Source of the DNA: the human T2T-CHM13v2.0 reference genome, Homo sapiens
Strand: one strand, 5' to 3'
Assembly (NCBI RefSeq): GCF_009914755.1
Contig: NC_060936.1
Length of the DNA stretch: 64,000 nt
Part shown: piece by piece, positions 1-12,280 of the stretch
Layout: each line of letters starts with the position of its first letter
How positions within the stretch are numbered: position 1 is the first letter of the stretch
Notes under the pieces: model-generated
Told to the model about the DNA's origin: nothing
Seen by the model: the letters and a program-made list of their open reading frames with translations, nothing else
Database searches by the model: none
Position numbers and translations under genes: made by a program

Positions 1-637
1 TAAGGACCAAAAAGTATATGGTGTCCATCTAGTTGGCTATGCAGTTCAAAATAAAACAGCATTCTGATTTCTGCTATGAAACTACTTTATGTCCAACTTG
101 TCATTTACTTATTTATTTCTAGATGGTCCTTCTTTTTCATGTGTAATCATGTTCTTAATGTTCTTAGGTTGTCTCTTGGGTTATCTAGCCCTGGTCTGAC
201 CTGCTCATCTTCCTTCTTATTCCATGGAGATGGAATGAGAATAATTAAAACTTTCCTGCTTAATTGGATCTTCAGTGCTGGCTTGACAATTTTCAAGGTT
301 CCAAAGCATTTCTTTCGAATGCCTCAAATCAATGCTTGCCTCATTATTCTTCTCCCATTTTTTCCTTGATAGCACATGAATAAATGTGTCCATGAATCAG
401 GAAAGTCCACTCACAAGGTGCAGAGTTTCCTTCTGGGGATTTCTGGGCTCTTGGCTGCTTTCATTAGTGCTTTTTTTTTTTTTTTTTTTATCTTATCCCT
501 TTCTCCATGAGATATAGGTAGATAGCTATACTTATAGGTATTTAACAAATAAGAAAACTTGAGTGCTAAGTAGGTTAAAAGACATGAGACCAGATTCATA
601 CATCACTTCTGAGGCAGGTTGAGACTAGAACCCTTAA

Positions 638-768
638 TCCATTTATGCCAGAGGTTGCAGTTTTTTTGTGTGTGAAAAAGAAGACACTGGCAATGACCTT
701 AAGCAGTAGGATATAAAGAACTCCCACAAGCTTAGCATTCCAATAACGGAACACCGGGCATAAATGCG
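638..768 (-). mobile_element. MER85, non-autonomous piggyBac MITE with TTAA target duplications
   Basis: TTAA at 634-637 and 769-772. TIRs tccatttatgcc / ggcataaatgcg. Internal sequence matches the recalled MER85 consensus (gttccattattggaacgctaagcttgtgggag...) in reverse. Confidence 0.88.
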
Positions 769-1339
769 TTAATTCACTGCTGTATTTGTAGAGCAATATG
801 GGAGGTTAGAATGGATCATCATAGGTAGGCCAGCTATTTTGGTTGCCTTTATAATGCCCTAATTATTCATTCTTGCTGTAAAACTCTCTTTATTATGACA
901 AATACTGCAAATTTCCAGTAACACAATGGCTTGCCCTTCCAAGAGGAATGTTTGTTCCTTTCACAAATAATTGTCAGTGCTATTAAAGCAAAGCTCTAGT
1001 AACTTTTACGGAATGGAAAGAAAGAGAGACATAGATTATTTGTATTTTTAGTAAGAATTGAAACATACATTTTTGTAATCTGACATTCAGAAGAAAAGAT
1101 TTTTATACTTAAGGGATATTTTGTTTTCATAAAGACGTTCTGCTTGCATTAAATATGAGGACTTGGCTTCCAAAGGTGTTCAACCGAAACTTGAATTAAG
1201 ATGAATTTCTCTATTTGCCTTAAACCTTTATACTGCAGAATATAATTTCTGCATCCAAGAAAGTTACTTGCTAACTTGAAATATGGATAGGCTCTTTGCC
1301 AGTTTTATACCCTTGAATCTAGGAGATAATGATGAATAT

Positions 1340-1550
1340 AACAGCTAATGAGGCTGAATGCTTACACTACGCTGAGTATTTCGTGTGTGCCATGTCATTT
1401 AATCCTCACAACACCTTTATCATGTAGGAATAACAGTATCTCATTTCACAGGTGAAGACACTGAGACTATGAGATATTCAATATCTTGATCAAAGATACA
1501 TGCAAATAAGGCCTGTGTTATCCTAGAGCTCAAGCTCATAACCCATTATA
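1340..1550 (-). mobile_element. MIR SINE
   Basis: tcatttaatcctcacaac...atttcacaggtgaagacactgag is the reverse MIR core. Confidence 0.75.
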
Positions 1551-4399
1551 TCAAACCTACCATTTAAATATTATTACTTGTAAGTTTTAACATTTGTAAA
1601 TGTTTAAATAAAATTTAGTGGAGCATGTTTTAAAGGAAAAAAAAAACACCTCAAGTCATGAAAGTTATCTAACTGGTTACTCACTCTCAGTATACTAGTA
1701 TACTACTAACTGGTTACCGTGCAAATATTCTATGTACAAAAACTTGATATTTTATGGTTTTATATTGTATTTAATGCTAGGCTTGTATCTTAGGTCACAC
1801 AAAAACATCAAAATTCAAAATTTCTCTGGAAGAAAACCAGCAGCAGCATAAATCAAACCAAAACAAGAATAAAAATAAAGAATGTGTAAGGGCGTTTACT
1901 TTTTTTATTGTTTGGTTTAACTTTTTTTGTTGTTGTTTGGTTAAGTGTCTTTGCTTATCTCCTTTCTGTTAATCAAATATTTTAGTTATACTATTCCTAA
2001 TAATTTAAAATTTCTTTTAAACCAAAGAATGAAAACCAGGTGTGGGGGTGGGGAACTAGCCATATGAAAAATACTTGGAGCACATATTTAAAATAGTAGG
2101 AGTCATATGCTACAGTATAGTGAAATTTCGGATGGAATTGTCTCTGTTACCTTAAGCAACTGTTACAGATGAAAGGACAATATTTTCTATAGTTCTGCTT
2201 CACTCCATAAAGGAAGTAATTGTAACTTTCACTAACACTATTACTTTTAAAATTATATGTTGAAGAAGTTCTAGTAGTAGAGAAAGCAAGACATAATATT
2301 GTTGTAATTTTCATGTTAGAGGCATTAATTACGCTGCCCCAAAGCTCACTGTAGCAAATAATTTGTGAGCATACTTTGAGTCTGTTCCTCCGTTTCTCCT
2401 TGTTCACTTTCTTCATTCAAGGAGCAGTTGGATAAGAAAAAGGAGTACGGCATTAAGAGAAAGGTCAAGATTAAGAAAAATGGAAAAACTAGAGTTCATC
2501 CCTCCCTTTCCTCTTGTTTTCGTACCCTCAATTTGGCAGGAAAATACTGAAACTTCCACAGGAAACAGCAAATTTGAAATGTGCAGGGCTGGCTTAAGCT
2601 TTTTTTTTTTATTTTTATTTTTTCTGTAGGAATCAAATAGGGCTCTATTTTCAAGTCTTGTGAAGACACTTGCCAACCAAACCCAGCTCGAAATTGTCAT
2701 GTGGTTTTTCTTCTTGGTCCTTCTCTCAGAACAGTTCATTCATGACTGCAACGTCTTATCTGCATGATTATATAATCATTTTTGAATACTATCTTTCTTC
2801 TAAGAAGCAAATAAAATGTCAACAAGACTTGTGATGTAAACAATCTCACTTTGAACCTTCTATGTACAAATAGATATGAAACAGCACGCTTCTCTGTTGT
2901 TTTGTTTTCTAAATTCCTTGATCTTTCAATAGCTTTCCACAAAAGAATTAATTCACAGAGCACAATCACTGAACTCAGCAAAATGAAAGCAATTCAGAAG
3001 GTTGCCATTGTTACCAATATGCAAATCCTAACCATTGTTTTATTCATTCTTTCTTAATTTAATGGCCTAAGTGCAAAATTAACAATTTCTCTTCCTATCC
3101 TTTTAAACGAAACAACTTAAAAATAACATATACAAATATATGCATTTATTTTTAAGAATATCATGGCAAAATGGGAAGAAGGTAGATTTAATTTTCAGTT
3201 GCTAGGATTCCGGGCACCCTTTTGTTAATATCTGTTTTAGCCAGGTCACTATTTAGAGTCTAAATTGCCTCATCCATAAAATTAAGGAGCTGGAATAGAA
3301 GAATGGTTTTTAAGTTTTGCTTAGCAGCAGAAATCTTTAACTCAAACAATTTTAACCAGTGGAACTTAATATATAAAACAAATAAAAGTCAATGGTACTA
3401 TCTGGAGGGTGCTTGAACATACTTGGAGTCCGGTGAATAGTTTGAAACAACGTTTTCAACCATCTGTGAGGTCTTTTTCATTTCAAATACACTTGTTAGA
3501 ATGATAGGTTGTTTGCCTTTCTTCAAACTCTATTCCACTTTCATATTTCATTCATTCTCTTTCATTTCAACCTCCTCTATCATCCACCAAGGATCCTTGA
3601 CTGATTCATCTTTGCATTTCTTATAATGCTTAGCTCAATAGCTTACAAAGAATAAATATTTGCTGAATAAATAAAGATTCCAGGATACTATGGGTCTATA
3701 AAAATAATTCACTTTCATATTCAAGTTTGAAATAAAACTGTTTGGTCAAATAAAAATTTTCTCAATTCAAGAAATAATTTTGCTGTAGACAACATGTAGG
3801 TGGAATAAGGGACATGTATCCTAGTGTATCAAGGACATGTATCTATTACCTAGGAAATAAATAAGCTTTGAATGGCTATACAAGAAAATATTTTTATATG
3901 ATTTATAAAAAAGTTGCATATTACATTAAAAGCACCTATGTAAAAATAATTTATTTTAGACTTTGTAAGAAATTTATTTAGAATAGTTAGAGGCAGCACA
4001 TAGAAACAATTCATTTGCATTACCTCCATGGAAAAATGGGAATTGACTGGAGATGTTATTCTCATTTTACAGATATAAATATTGTAACAAGGAACGAACC
4101 ATAGCAAAATATGAAAAACTACCCTTCATGTAACTGCCCAGATTGTCTTCTGGATAAGTAAACTCATTGCCTCCCATAGATTCTTGCGATGGGCCTTTAT
4201 TTTATACCACAGAGATGAATGAAATTATTTCTTCAAAAATAAGACATTTTGTCTCAGTTTTATTAACACACTTTAGTGCTGCTCTGAAACGTAAGGAAAG
4301 TCTGCCATGCCCTAATTTTCAAGACTTCCTTTAAGCAATAACAAATAGTTCTCAAATCTACTAATAACAATTATTAATCAGCTAATACTATTAAATATT

Positions 4400-4640
4400 A
4401 ACTCAAATCCAGCACATGGTATTTGAGAAATAATACATTTATTGTTCCAAGACTTTGCATGCATTATTTCATTTAATCCTCAACAATAAGAGGTCATTTA
4501 TACCCACTTTACAGACAAGAAAATTGAGGCATGGAGAGGTTAGGTAACTTGCCCAGAGTCACAGAGCTTGAAAGTAACAGTATGATAATTTAAGGAAGAG
4601 ATGGCTGCAAGAACCACACTTATAACCATTATGTTATACT
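4400..4640 (-). mobile_element. MIR SINE
   Basis: catttaatcctcaacaa...tttacagacaagaaaattgaggcatggagaggttaggtaacttgcccagagtcacagagc. Confidence 0.8.
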
Positions 4641-7600
4641 GCCTCTCACTAAACAAAGTGCTTCTTAAAAGATTAATCTAAAGACAATAGCTTAAAAAGA
4701 TAAAATTGCTTTCATCATTTTATCTTTCCTCTAATTATCCCCTAAGACATTAAATTTGTGTGTGTGTATCTATACATAATTAAGTACATTTTTCTGTGTA
4801 TATTTAATTAAGACTCCACCCTATGTTACAAGTTGTATGTAATGCAATTTGTATGTCCCAGTAGCATGCTTTGACTAAACCATACGAATAATGGATAAAA
4901 ATCCATGGATAATATTAAATAGTTTTCTAGTATCAACAGCAACAACAACAGTAACAAAAACCCCAGCATTTGTTCCTCTTAAGATGCATCTGTCTTCACA
5001 TGGGTCATTGGTCCTATTAAGGTGATAACTCTTATTTAGGTAAAATTTTACTCCGAAGATTGAATTTGTCTTCATAAAATATTCCTTAAATAAATTAAAG
5101 AATACTAGTAAAATAAACTAAACCAACAATTAGGCTGAAGAACAAATTTCTAAGATAAACATAATCTGTGAACTTGAAACACATTAGTTGCCCTCTCTTC
5201 TTATCCACAGCCAAAACTAGAAAACTGAATATTTCTGTTTTTCTTGATAAAATTTAAAAAAGTATACTTTAAAAATTTCAATAAATTGGTATTGCTCATA
5301 GAATTACATCTACTGCTGGTCTTGGGACAGCAGTTCTTTTATGTATGTTTATTAGCCCAGAAACATTTTAAAGTTACCTAAAACATGTTTTGATTAAGAT
5401 AACACAGGATACTATCAAGGAATGGGCATGGACTTGTGACCAGAAAACCTGGCACTGACTGAAGTTATATAGCTTTAGTATAGGTAATAACAAAATTTCA
5501 AATATAATTTTAAAGTTTACCATTTATTTAATCGACCATTACAATAAAAATGAATACTTTGGAAAAACACACGTGTACTGATGTTTCTGTCAGCATGTAA
5601 TAAGACACCATGAAGCTGCTGAAAGCAAGAAAACACAGAAATAGTATGAAAAAGACACTGTGTGTACTGACTCCATTGTCCAAATGTCAACACCTCCCAG
5701 GAACTCTAGGGGTGGTAATAACTATGGAAGCAGTTCCTAATAGGTTCTTCCTTAAAGGGGATTCTCGACAAACTGCTGGGCTCTGACTCTAGCCCATATG
5801 GGCTTGGAAAAGTCAGAGAAAATGTTGGCTGCACTTTTTCAGGCCTATTTGCATATGTTCTTTAGTATGCAAAATGTCTCTGTATATAATTTAATTGTTG
5901 TTGGGGTTTTTTTGCCTCTATTAATACATATGCAAATGACTCACTCTTGCAGCTGTGCTGTATTAATCATATGTGTGCTTCTGTCTGTCTGCCCTCCAGG
6001 CTCAGGGTCGAAGGGAGAGGAAAAGAAGGAATTCAGTCTTTTAACCTGCAAGAAAACTCACTCATGCAGACAGAAGTCCAACAGCAAACAGCACACCAGG
6101 GTTGCGACTGAAATGAAGAGCAGTTGATCATTATTCACCCTGTATGAAAATGATACGACCTAAAAGTTTAACTGAGTAGTACAGTATTTTGGTAGGTAAA
6201 GATGAACACTTAACAAGTATACATCCTTGTAAGTAATTCCTTCAATAACAAGATAAAAATCCTCACATCTAGATTTTTCTATATGGTTATTACTTCCTTA
6301 TTGATTTTCTGGAAGTTTCTCTTGGCCAAGCATATAAAGCCATGCTCAGTCACTCACAGTGCTGGGAAATATGGAGCATTCTTTTATCTGTGTCCTGTCA
6401 TAATTATTGACCTTCTTCAGAGACTGGCAGGAGTTTGATAAAAAGATGAGCTTCAGTATTTCATCTACCTCTACCTTGATGTTACTCTCCATCAGACAGG
6501 AGCTTAAGCCATTTCCAATATTACTTCGTATACCTATGATTGCTATGAAAAAAGATTGATTTCAGTTGATATTTTGTATGATTCATTCTCTAACATGATC
6601 ACACATCATCTATCATTTTCTCTATTCCAGAGAATGCATGCTACTAATATTACTAGTTACTGAAGCTGTAAGCCCATGAGGTTTCATTTATGACAACTTG
6701 GAATTTTGAGCCTTTATTCCAAAAATATTATTATGAATTTTTAAAATAGTCCTACTAAAATAATTTTAAAAGTTTAATTAAGTCAATAAAAATGATGATT
6801 GGATGCTACTTGCTTATTTTGAATTAAATAAGATCATCCAAAAAGAATTTCAATCTTTTTTTCCTTCTGCTTATCACTATCAATCATTGGTTGGAGTCAA
6901 CATTTTTGGCTTCCTATAGGTAGAACAGGTGGCAACCATCTTTTGGCCAAGACAAATACAGTATTTATAAAGTGAGAAGTAAGTGGATAAATATTTCCTT
7001 CCAATTTCAAATCTTAGAAGTGTAGCAAAAAACAGAAACAGTACATTACAGAAGAATTATTACTATTAAAAATATTCATGATGCCCATTAAGTAAAATGC
7101 AAATTATAACGAAAATGAATATGAGAAATAAATGCTAGATGGATTGTTGCCATCATTTGATCTTATTAATTAGAAACAGATTATTCACATAGCTGATTTT
7201 ATCTTGTCACAAATGTCCAAAAATTCAAAGTGTAACTTCGTTTTGTGTAAATAGTGATATTCATTTTTAATATTAAAATGAACATAGATAAGTAAGCTAT
7301 ATAAATGAACCCCTCGCCTTTAAAAAGAGTCAGCATCAGTATAATAAATAAGTAAATATCTAAATCATCATTGGCTCTTGGAGGTAAAAAAGAGTACTTG
7401 AGGATGAAGAAGAATGAAAAAAAGAAGGAAGGAGAGGAAGAGAGAAGGTAAACTCAGTGTATGGAGCTGCTAATTGGCTAGTAATTATTTTGATAAACAC
7501 ATCCTTCCATTATTTAGAAATAATTTACTTCAGTATTGTATTGGCAGAATAAGCCATGAGTCAAATAAAAGTACCTCCAGTAGTTCATATTTTTATATAT

Positions 7601-7939
7601 GTCTATACACACACTATCACATAATATAGGAATTCTCAAGTATTGTAACATTTGGTCTTTTATTGTGAATTATAATGATTTTAAAAGAATTACATAAACT
7701 GTAATAAGTGCTAAAACACATTCTTTATGCAGCAACCCACTGTTATGGTAAGATAAAGGGAAGAAAGAGCAGGAGAGACAGAGAGCTGTGGATTTTTCAT
7801 ACTCTTAGAATCTTCCAATGGGGGCAAGAAAAAACATCAAGTTCCCTGGCCATTAAATTAATATCATTTAACGCAGAAATCAATATATGCTGCTTTTTTT
7901 AATTAAAAATTCTTATGACCATTAGCCATGATAGTCTCT

Positions 7940-8380
7940 TTCATTTGCAAGTATGCACTGAATACCTGCTATTTGCTAGGCATTCTTCTGGATACCTGAG
8001 ATACATTATTGAACAACAGCAACAATTCTTGTCCTTGTGGGGCGGTACATTTGGAAAAGAAAGACAATAAATAAGAAACATAATACATTTTATAGTATAT
8101 TTGAAGATGACTAGTGCTATAGAGAAAAATGTAGAATAAAAGAGCTAGGAAGTGTGCTATCTCTTAGGATCCACCTTACGATTTTAAGTAGGTTGGTTAA
8201 GGTAGGCCTCAGAGAGATGGTATTAGAGTAAATACATGAATGAAGTGAAAGAATTAGCCTTCCATGCAGAGGAAAGAGCTAGAGAGAACAGCTAGCACAA
8301 AACTCTAGGAAGGGAGTATGCCTTGGTAAGATAAGGGCCAGAAAACAGCCTAATGTATCCGGAATAGACTGAGTAGGTGA
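7940..8380 (-). mobile_element. L2 LINE 3' fragment
   Basis: cactgaatacctgctatttgctaggcattcttctggatacctgagatac... is the reverse L2 3' end. Confidence 0.65.
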
Positions 8381-8719
8381 TGTGGAGCAAAACAGTTACA
8401 AAATTAATGTCTGTAAACATTGTAGTGCCAAACATGCTACCAGGCACAGAGAGTGTTTTCATATGTTTATTTCATTAAATGAGAATAGTTTATTATAAAA
8501 TTTCAACATTATCTTAATTAACCAAATTCAAACTGTTTTTTTCTTCTATCAGCCAACCATGCCTTTGATATTTGAAATTCTGCTATTGTCTCGTTTTAAA
8601 AGGTGATTAATTAATATAGAAAACTAATTATTAGTATTCAGCTTAATTTCAATATTATAAAGCAAGATAGCTATTTGAGCAAAATAGATGAATAATTTAT
8701 TGAAAATACATTGTTAAGA

Positions 8720-9930
8720 TTCATTCCTCATTCTTTATTTAACACATATTTATTGAGTCCATAAAATATTTCAAGCACTTGGTTAAGTGCAAATGATGGT
8801 AAACCATTGATGCTACAGACTTTACCATCTGGTAGATGCTAGAAAGTATGATTTAAAACATTCTACCAGCAATGTGAGAAGGGAAATACAGCATGCTCTC
8901 AGAACACGCGGGAACTACTTTAAGCCAGACTTAAGACCAATGAAGTCTTCCCTGAAAAAAGTGATGTTTTAACCTGAAACCTGAGGGGTAAGTGGGATTC
9001 GATTAGTAAAGATGGTGAGTAATGGGGTTATTTCCTGGGGTTATTCCAGGAAGAGAAAACACCACTTGTAAAGATCCAGGGTGGAGAAAGAACTTCAAAA
9101 CACCAGAGAGTCATTGAAGGTCCTTGAGCAGGAAGAGGACATGACAAAATTTTCTAAAATCAGAAAGGGACATGGATGAAGCTAGAAACCATCATTCTGA
9201 GCAAACTATTGCAAGGACAGAAAACCAAACACCACATGTTCTCACTCACAGGTGGGAACTGAACAATGAGAACACATGGACACAGGAAGGGGAACATCAC
9301 ACACCACACCGGGGCCTGTCGTGGGGTGGGAGGAGGGGGGAGGGAGAGCATTAGGAGATATACCTAATGTAAATGACAAGTTAATGGGTGCAGCACACCA
9401 ACATGGCACATGTATACATATGTAACAAATCTGCACGTTGTGCACATGTACCCTAGAACTTAAAGTATAATAATAATTTAAAAAAATAAAAAAAGGAAGA
9501 TTATTCTGACTAATGCATAGTGGAGAGTGCATTGAAAGGGGCAAGATCAAGATAGAAAGACCAGTTTAGGGGCTGCTGTGGTGAATTAGGAAAGTCATAA
9601 GGATAGCTCGACCCAAATGAGTGACAATTATGATGGAAGGAAGTGGATAGATTCTTGGTGTATTAGTAGGTGGAATGAAAAGCTAGTGAATGAATAAATT
9701 TATGGGGAAGAGGGAGGAAGAGAAGCTAAGAAGAGCTCTCATGTTTCTGGGTTGAGAAATAGATGAAATGGAGTCATTCACTAAGACCAAAGAATAAGGA
9801 AGTCTAGGGACAAGGCATACAACTACTGATGAGTTCCATTTTGGACTCAGTTTACAGTGTCTGTGAATTTCTGTATATTTCCTCTTCATAGTCAACAAGC
9901 AGTTGGCTAATGTGAATTGAAGCTCAAGGG
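8720..9930 (-). mobile_element. L2 LINE fragment interrupted by an L1PA insertion
   Basis: ttcattc...aacacatatttattgagt start. Purine-rich L2 body resumes after 9495 (gagttccattttggac...). Confidence 0.65.
9166..9494 (+). mobile_element. L1PA (about L1PA4-6) 5'-truncated 3' end with poly(A)
   Basis: gggacatggatgaagctagaaaccatcattct...cacatgtaccctagaacttaaagtataataataa plus A tail. G-rich 3' UTR tract at about 9311-9345. Explains track ORFs 9160-9550. Confidence 0.93.
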
Positions 9931-10679
9931 AGATTTAAAATGTGTAAAGAAAAAGACAGATTTAATATTAAAATAATAAATGGTGTCTATGGCACATGCT
10001 AATTTGTATTATTTATATACATGAACTAGATTAAGCTGATTTTCTCCATTAAATAACAAATATATATGATGATTTTTAGAATATTTTAACTGCTTCTGAA
10101 AGTACACAGTAAGGTGATTTTTCTACATGAACAATTTTTTATTATATAAGGATCTCCAGGGACATAAAATAATAGTTAATAAACAGTAGTTTGCTTTAAA
10201 GCATATCATTTTGCTTGTCTTTTAAAATAATTGTACTTGTCTGCACTCTTTAATAAAAATTCTGGATTTACTTATCATAATATTATCCAAGTTTGAACAA
10301 TTATATGCAAAAGGTTATTTCAAATGAAAACACATATGGTAGGTAAACAAAGTCAACCATAAGTAGGAATAGATTTATAATGTCCTTTATTTAATCTAGG
10401 TGTTCAAAAAGAAGTACCTGAATTAACATATATCCATGTAAAGAGGCATGAAATAGAAAATTCAGAGTCCGAAGTAGACAGCTGTCATTATGAATCCTGC
10501 TACTTCTTTCATTATTGCAAAGCACACAGAGTATTTGTATTAATGTCAATTAGTCAGCATTATTGTTATAATTTCATTAGCTGGTTATGAGTTACCAAAT
10601 GTCTGAAGAAGGGCAATGCCTCCAAAGTTTAACATAAAGTCTCCTGTACTTGAAGAAGCAAATATAATTGTTCAAAGGC

Positions 10680-10835
10680 CATGGATTTTGGACTCTGTGA
10701 CCCCGCTTTCTTCTTTGTCAAATGGAGATATTAATACATAACACAAAACGTAATATGAATTAAATAAGATAATCCTCGGAAAATCTTTACCAGAGAAACT
10801 AGCTTAAGAAAATATTCCATAACCATGGGTGATAT
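10680..10835 (+). mobile_element. MIR SINE fragment
   Basis: ctttcttctttgtcaaatggagatattaatac...gaattaaataagataat. Confidence 0.55.
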
Positions 10836-11349
10836 TAACTAGTGACATCAGTTGTTACGGCACTTTACATGAGTTAAAATCATTATGTTTGCACCCAAGG
10901 AAAAGAAAACAGGATCCTTTTGTGTTTAAAATATATATCCCCTCCACATTATTCTCATTACCATTGAATAAAGATTAATTCAGAAAACCACTAGTTCTTT
11001 GGCAAGGCTATTTCAGCTGTTCCTCCAACTGGTCTTCCTACTGTTACCTCAACCCATCTTACTGCTGCCTTATCGAGTATAGCTGTGAGTTTATCACTAC
11101 CTACTTAAAACATACACGAACAGATTAAACAAAAACAGAAAACGAGTGAGAACAAGCCAACAACAACAAACTCTTCAATGGTTCTAAAGAAAGACATCAG
11201 CAATTGGTACTAGACAGCACCCATACCACCAACCATACTCCCCTCATTAAAACCTTGCTGACCTGGCCCTACTTCAGTCAATGTTCATTACTGTCTCACA
11301 CCTCTCTCTCATTCCTCCCACCCTATCTTTCCATTCCCACAATATATAT

Positions 11350-12280
11350 GAGCTGATGTCTGGTGAGGGAGCTGAGGAGAGAGAAGATTGGGTTAACAGC
11401 TTTACAGGGTGGCTTGGTTCTTAGTGGTCTTCCCTGCTTACCCAAAAAGCAGAATAAAGCAAAAACTGGAGAAGGCAGAATAAAGCAAAAACTTGAATGT
11501 TGTTCCTCAACTGGCTTTTTGTTGAGCTAAAAACCGAAAGACTCCTCCATCCTTAGTGTGGTGAGAAAGGTCTTAGGAGAACTGGACAGTGTACAGCTTG
11601 GTGGTGTATTATGTAACTAAAGACACAGTAATGCCTGTTTTCTCTTCTGAAGTTTTCTAAAGCCGGAGGTGGGTTGCTGGAAAACAATGCGGTGTTTGCT
11701 GCAGGCTGAGAGGAGGACTGCGATGTACTACCACCACAGCTCTAACAGGGCACAGAAGAGGACCTCAGTAGAAGACTACAGGTTTCTCCATGGAGCAGCA
11801 CAGAGGGTGAACAAAGGCAGGTGTCATGTTACCCAGGTAGCTCCTGGCCAATAGTGGTGACACCCCAAATAAAAAAAAAAAGAGTAGGAAGCATAGATCA
11901 ACAGACCTGGCCACCCCTCTCTTAACAGACCAAGAAAAGCTGTTCAATACACAAGAAAATAACACACACACTGTTTCCACGGTATCTCACGGCAGACATA
12001 ACTTCCTAAGCCCACCCACATCTGCACAGGAACAAAATTGGAGCTGAAGAAGCAAAAGAGTAAGCTGCACCCTTCTTATTTCTGGTCTCTAGAGCTGGGA
12101 TTCTTGACTAACGATGGAAGGGGAAGCAGTGAGATATGAAATGGATATGAGATTAAAGTTTCCAGCAGGACTGAATTTTAATAACTGAAAGGACTGGAAA
12201 GTGATGCAGTCTACTCAAGATATTAAGATATGGAAAATAGAGATTTAACAGAGCATAATTAAAAGCAGAGTTTGGAGAAA
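11350..12280 (+). mobile_element. Probable ancient LTR (Gypsy/ERVL-type, family not resolved)
   Basis: GC-richer block ending in ...gagattaaagtttccagcaggactgaattttaataactgaaaggactgg, resembling old mammalian LTR 3' ends. Recognition only. Confidence 0.35.

Noticed and set aside
11449-11493. Short direct repeats with spacers (also 13743-13808 and 50516-50551) as CRISPR-like arrays
   Set aside because: Only two units each, eukaryotic context and no cas genes. They are ordinary local duplications.
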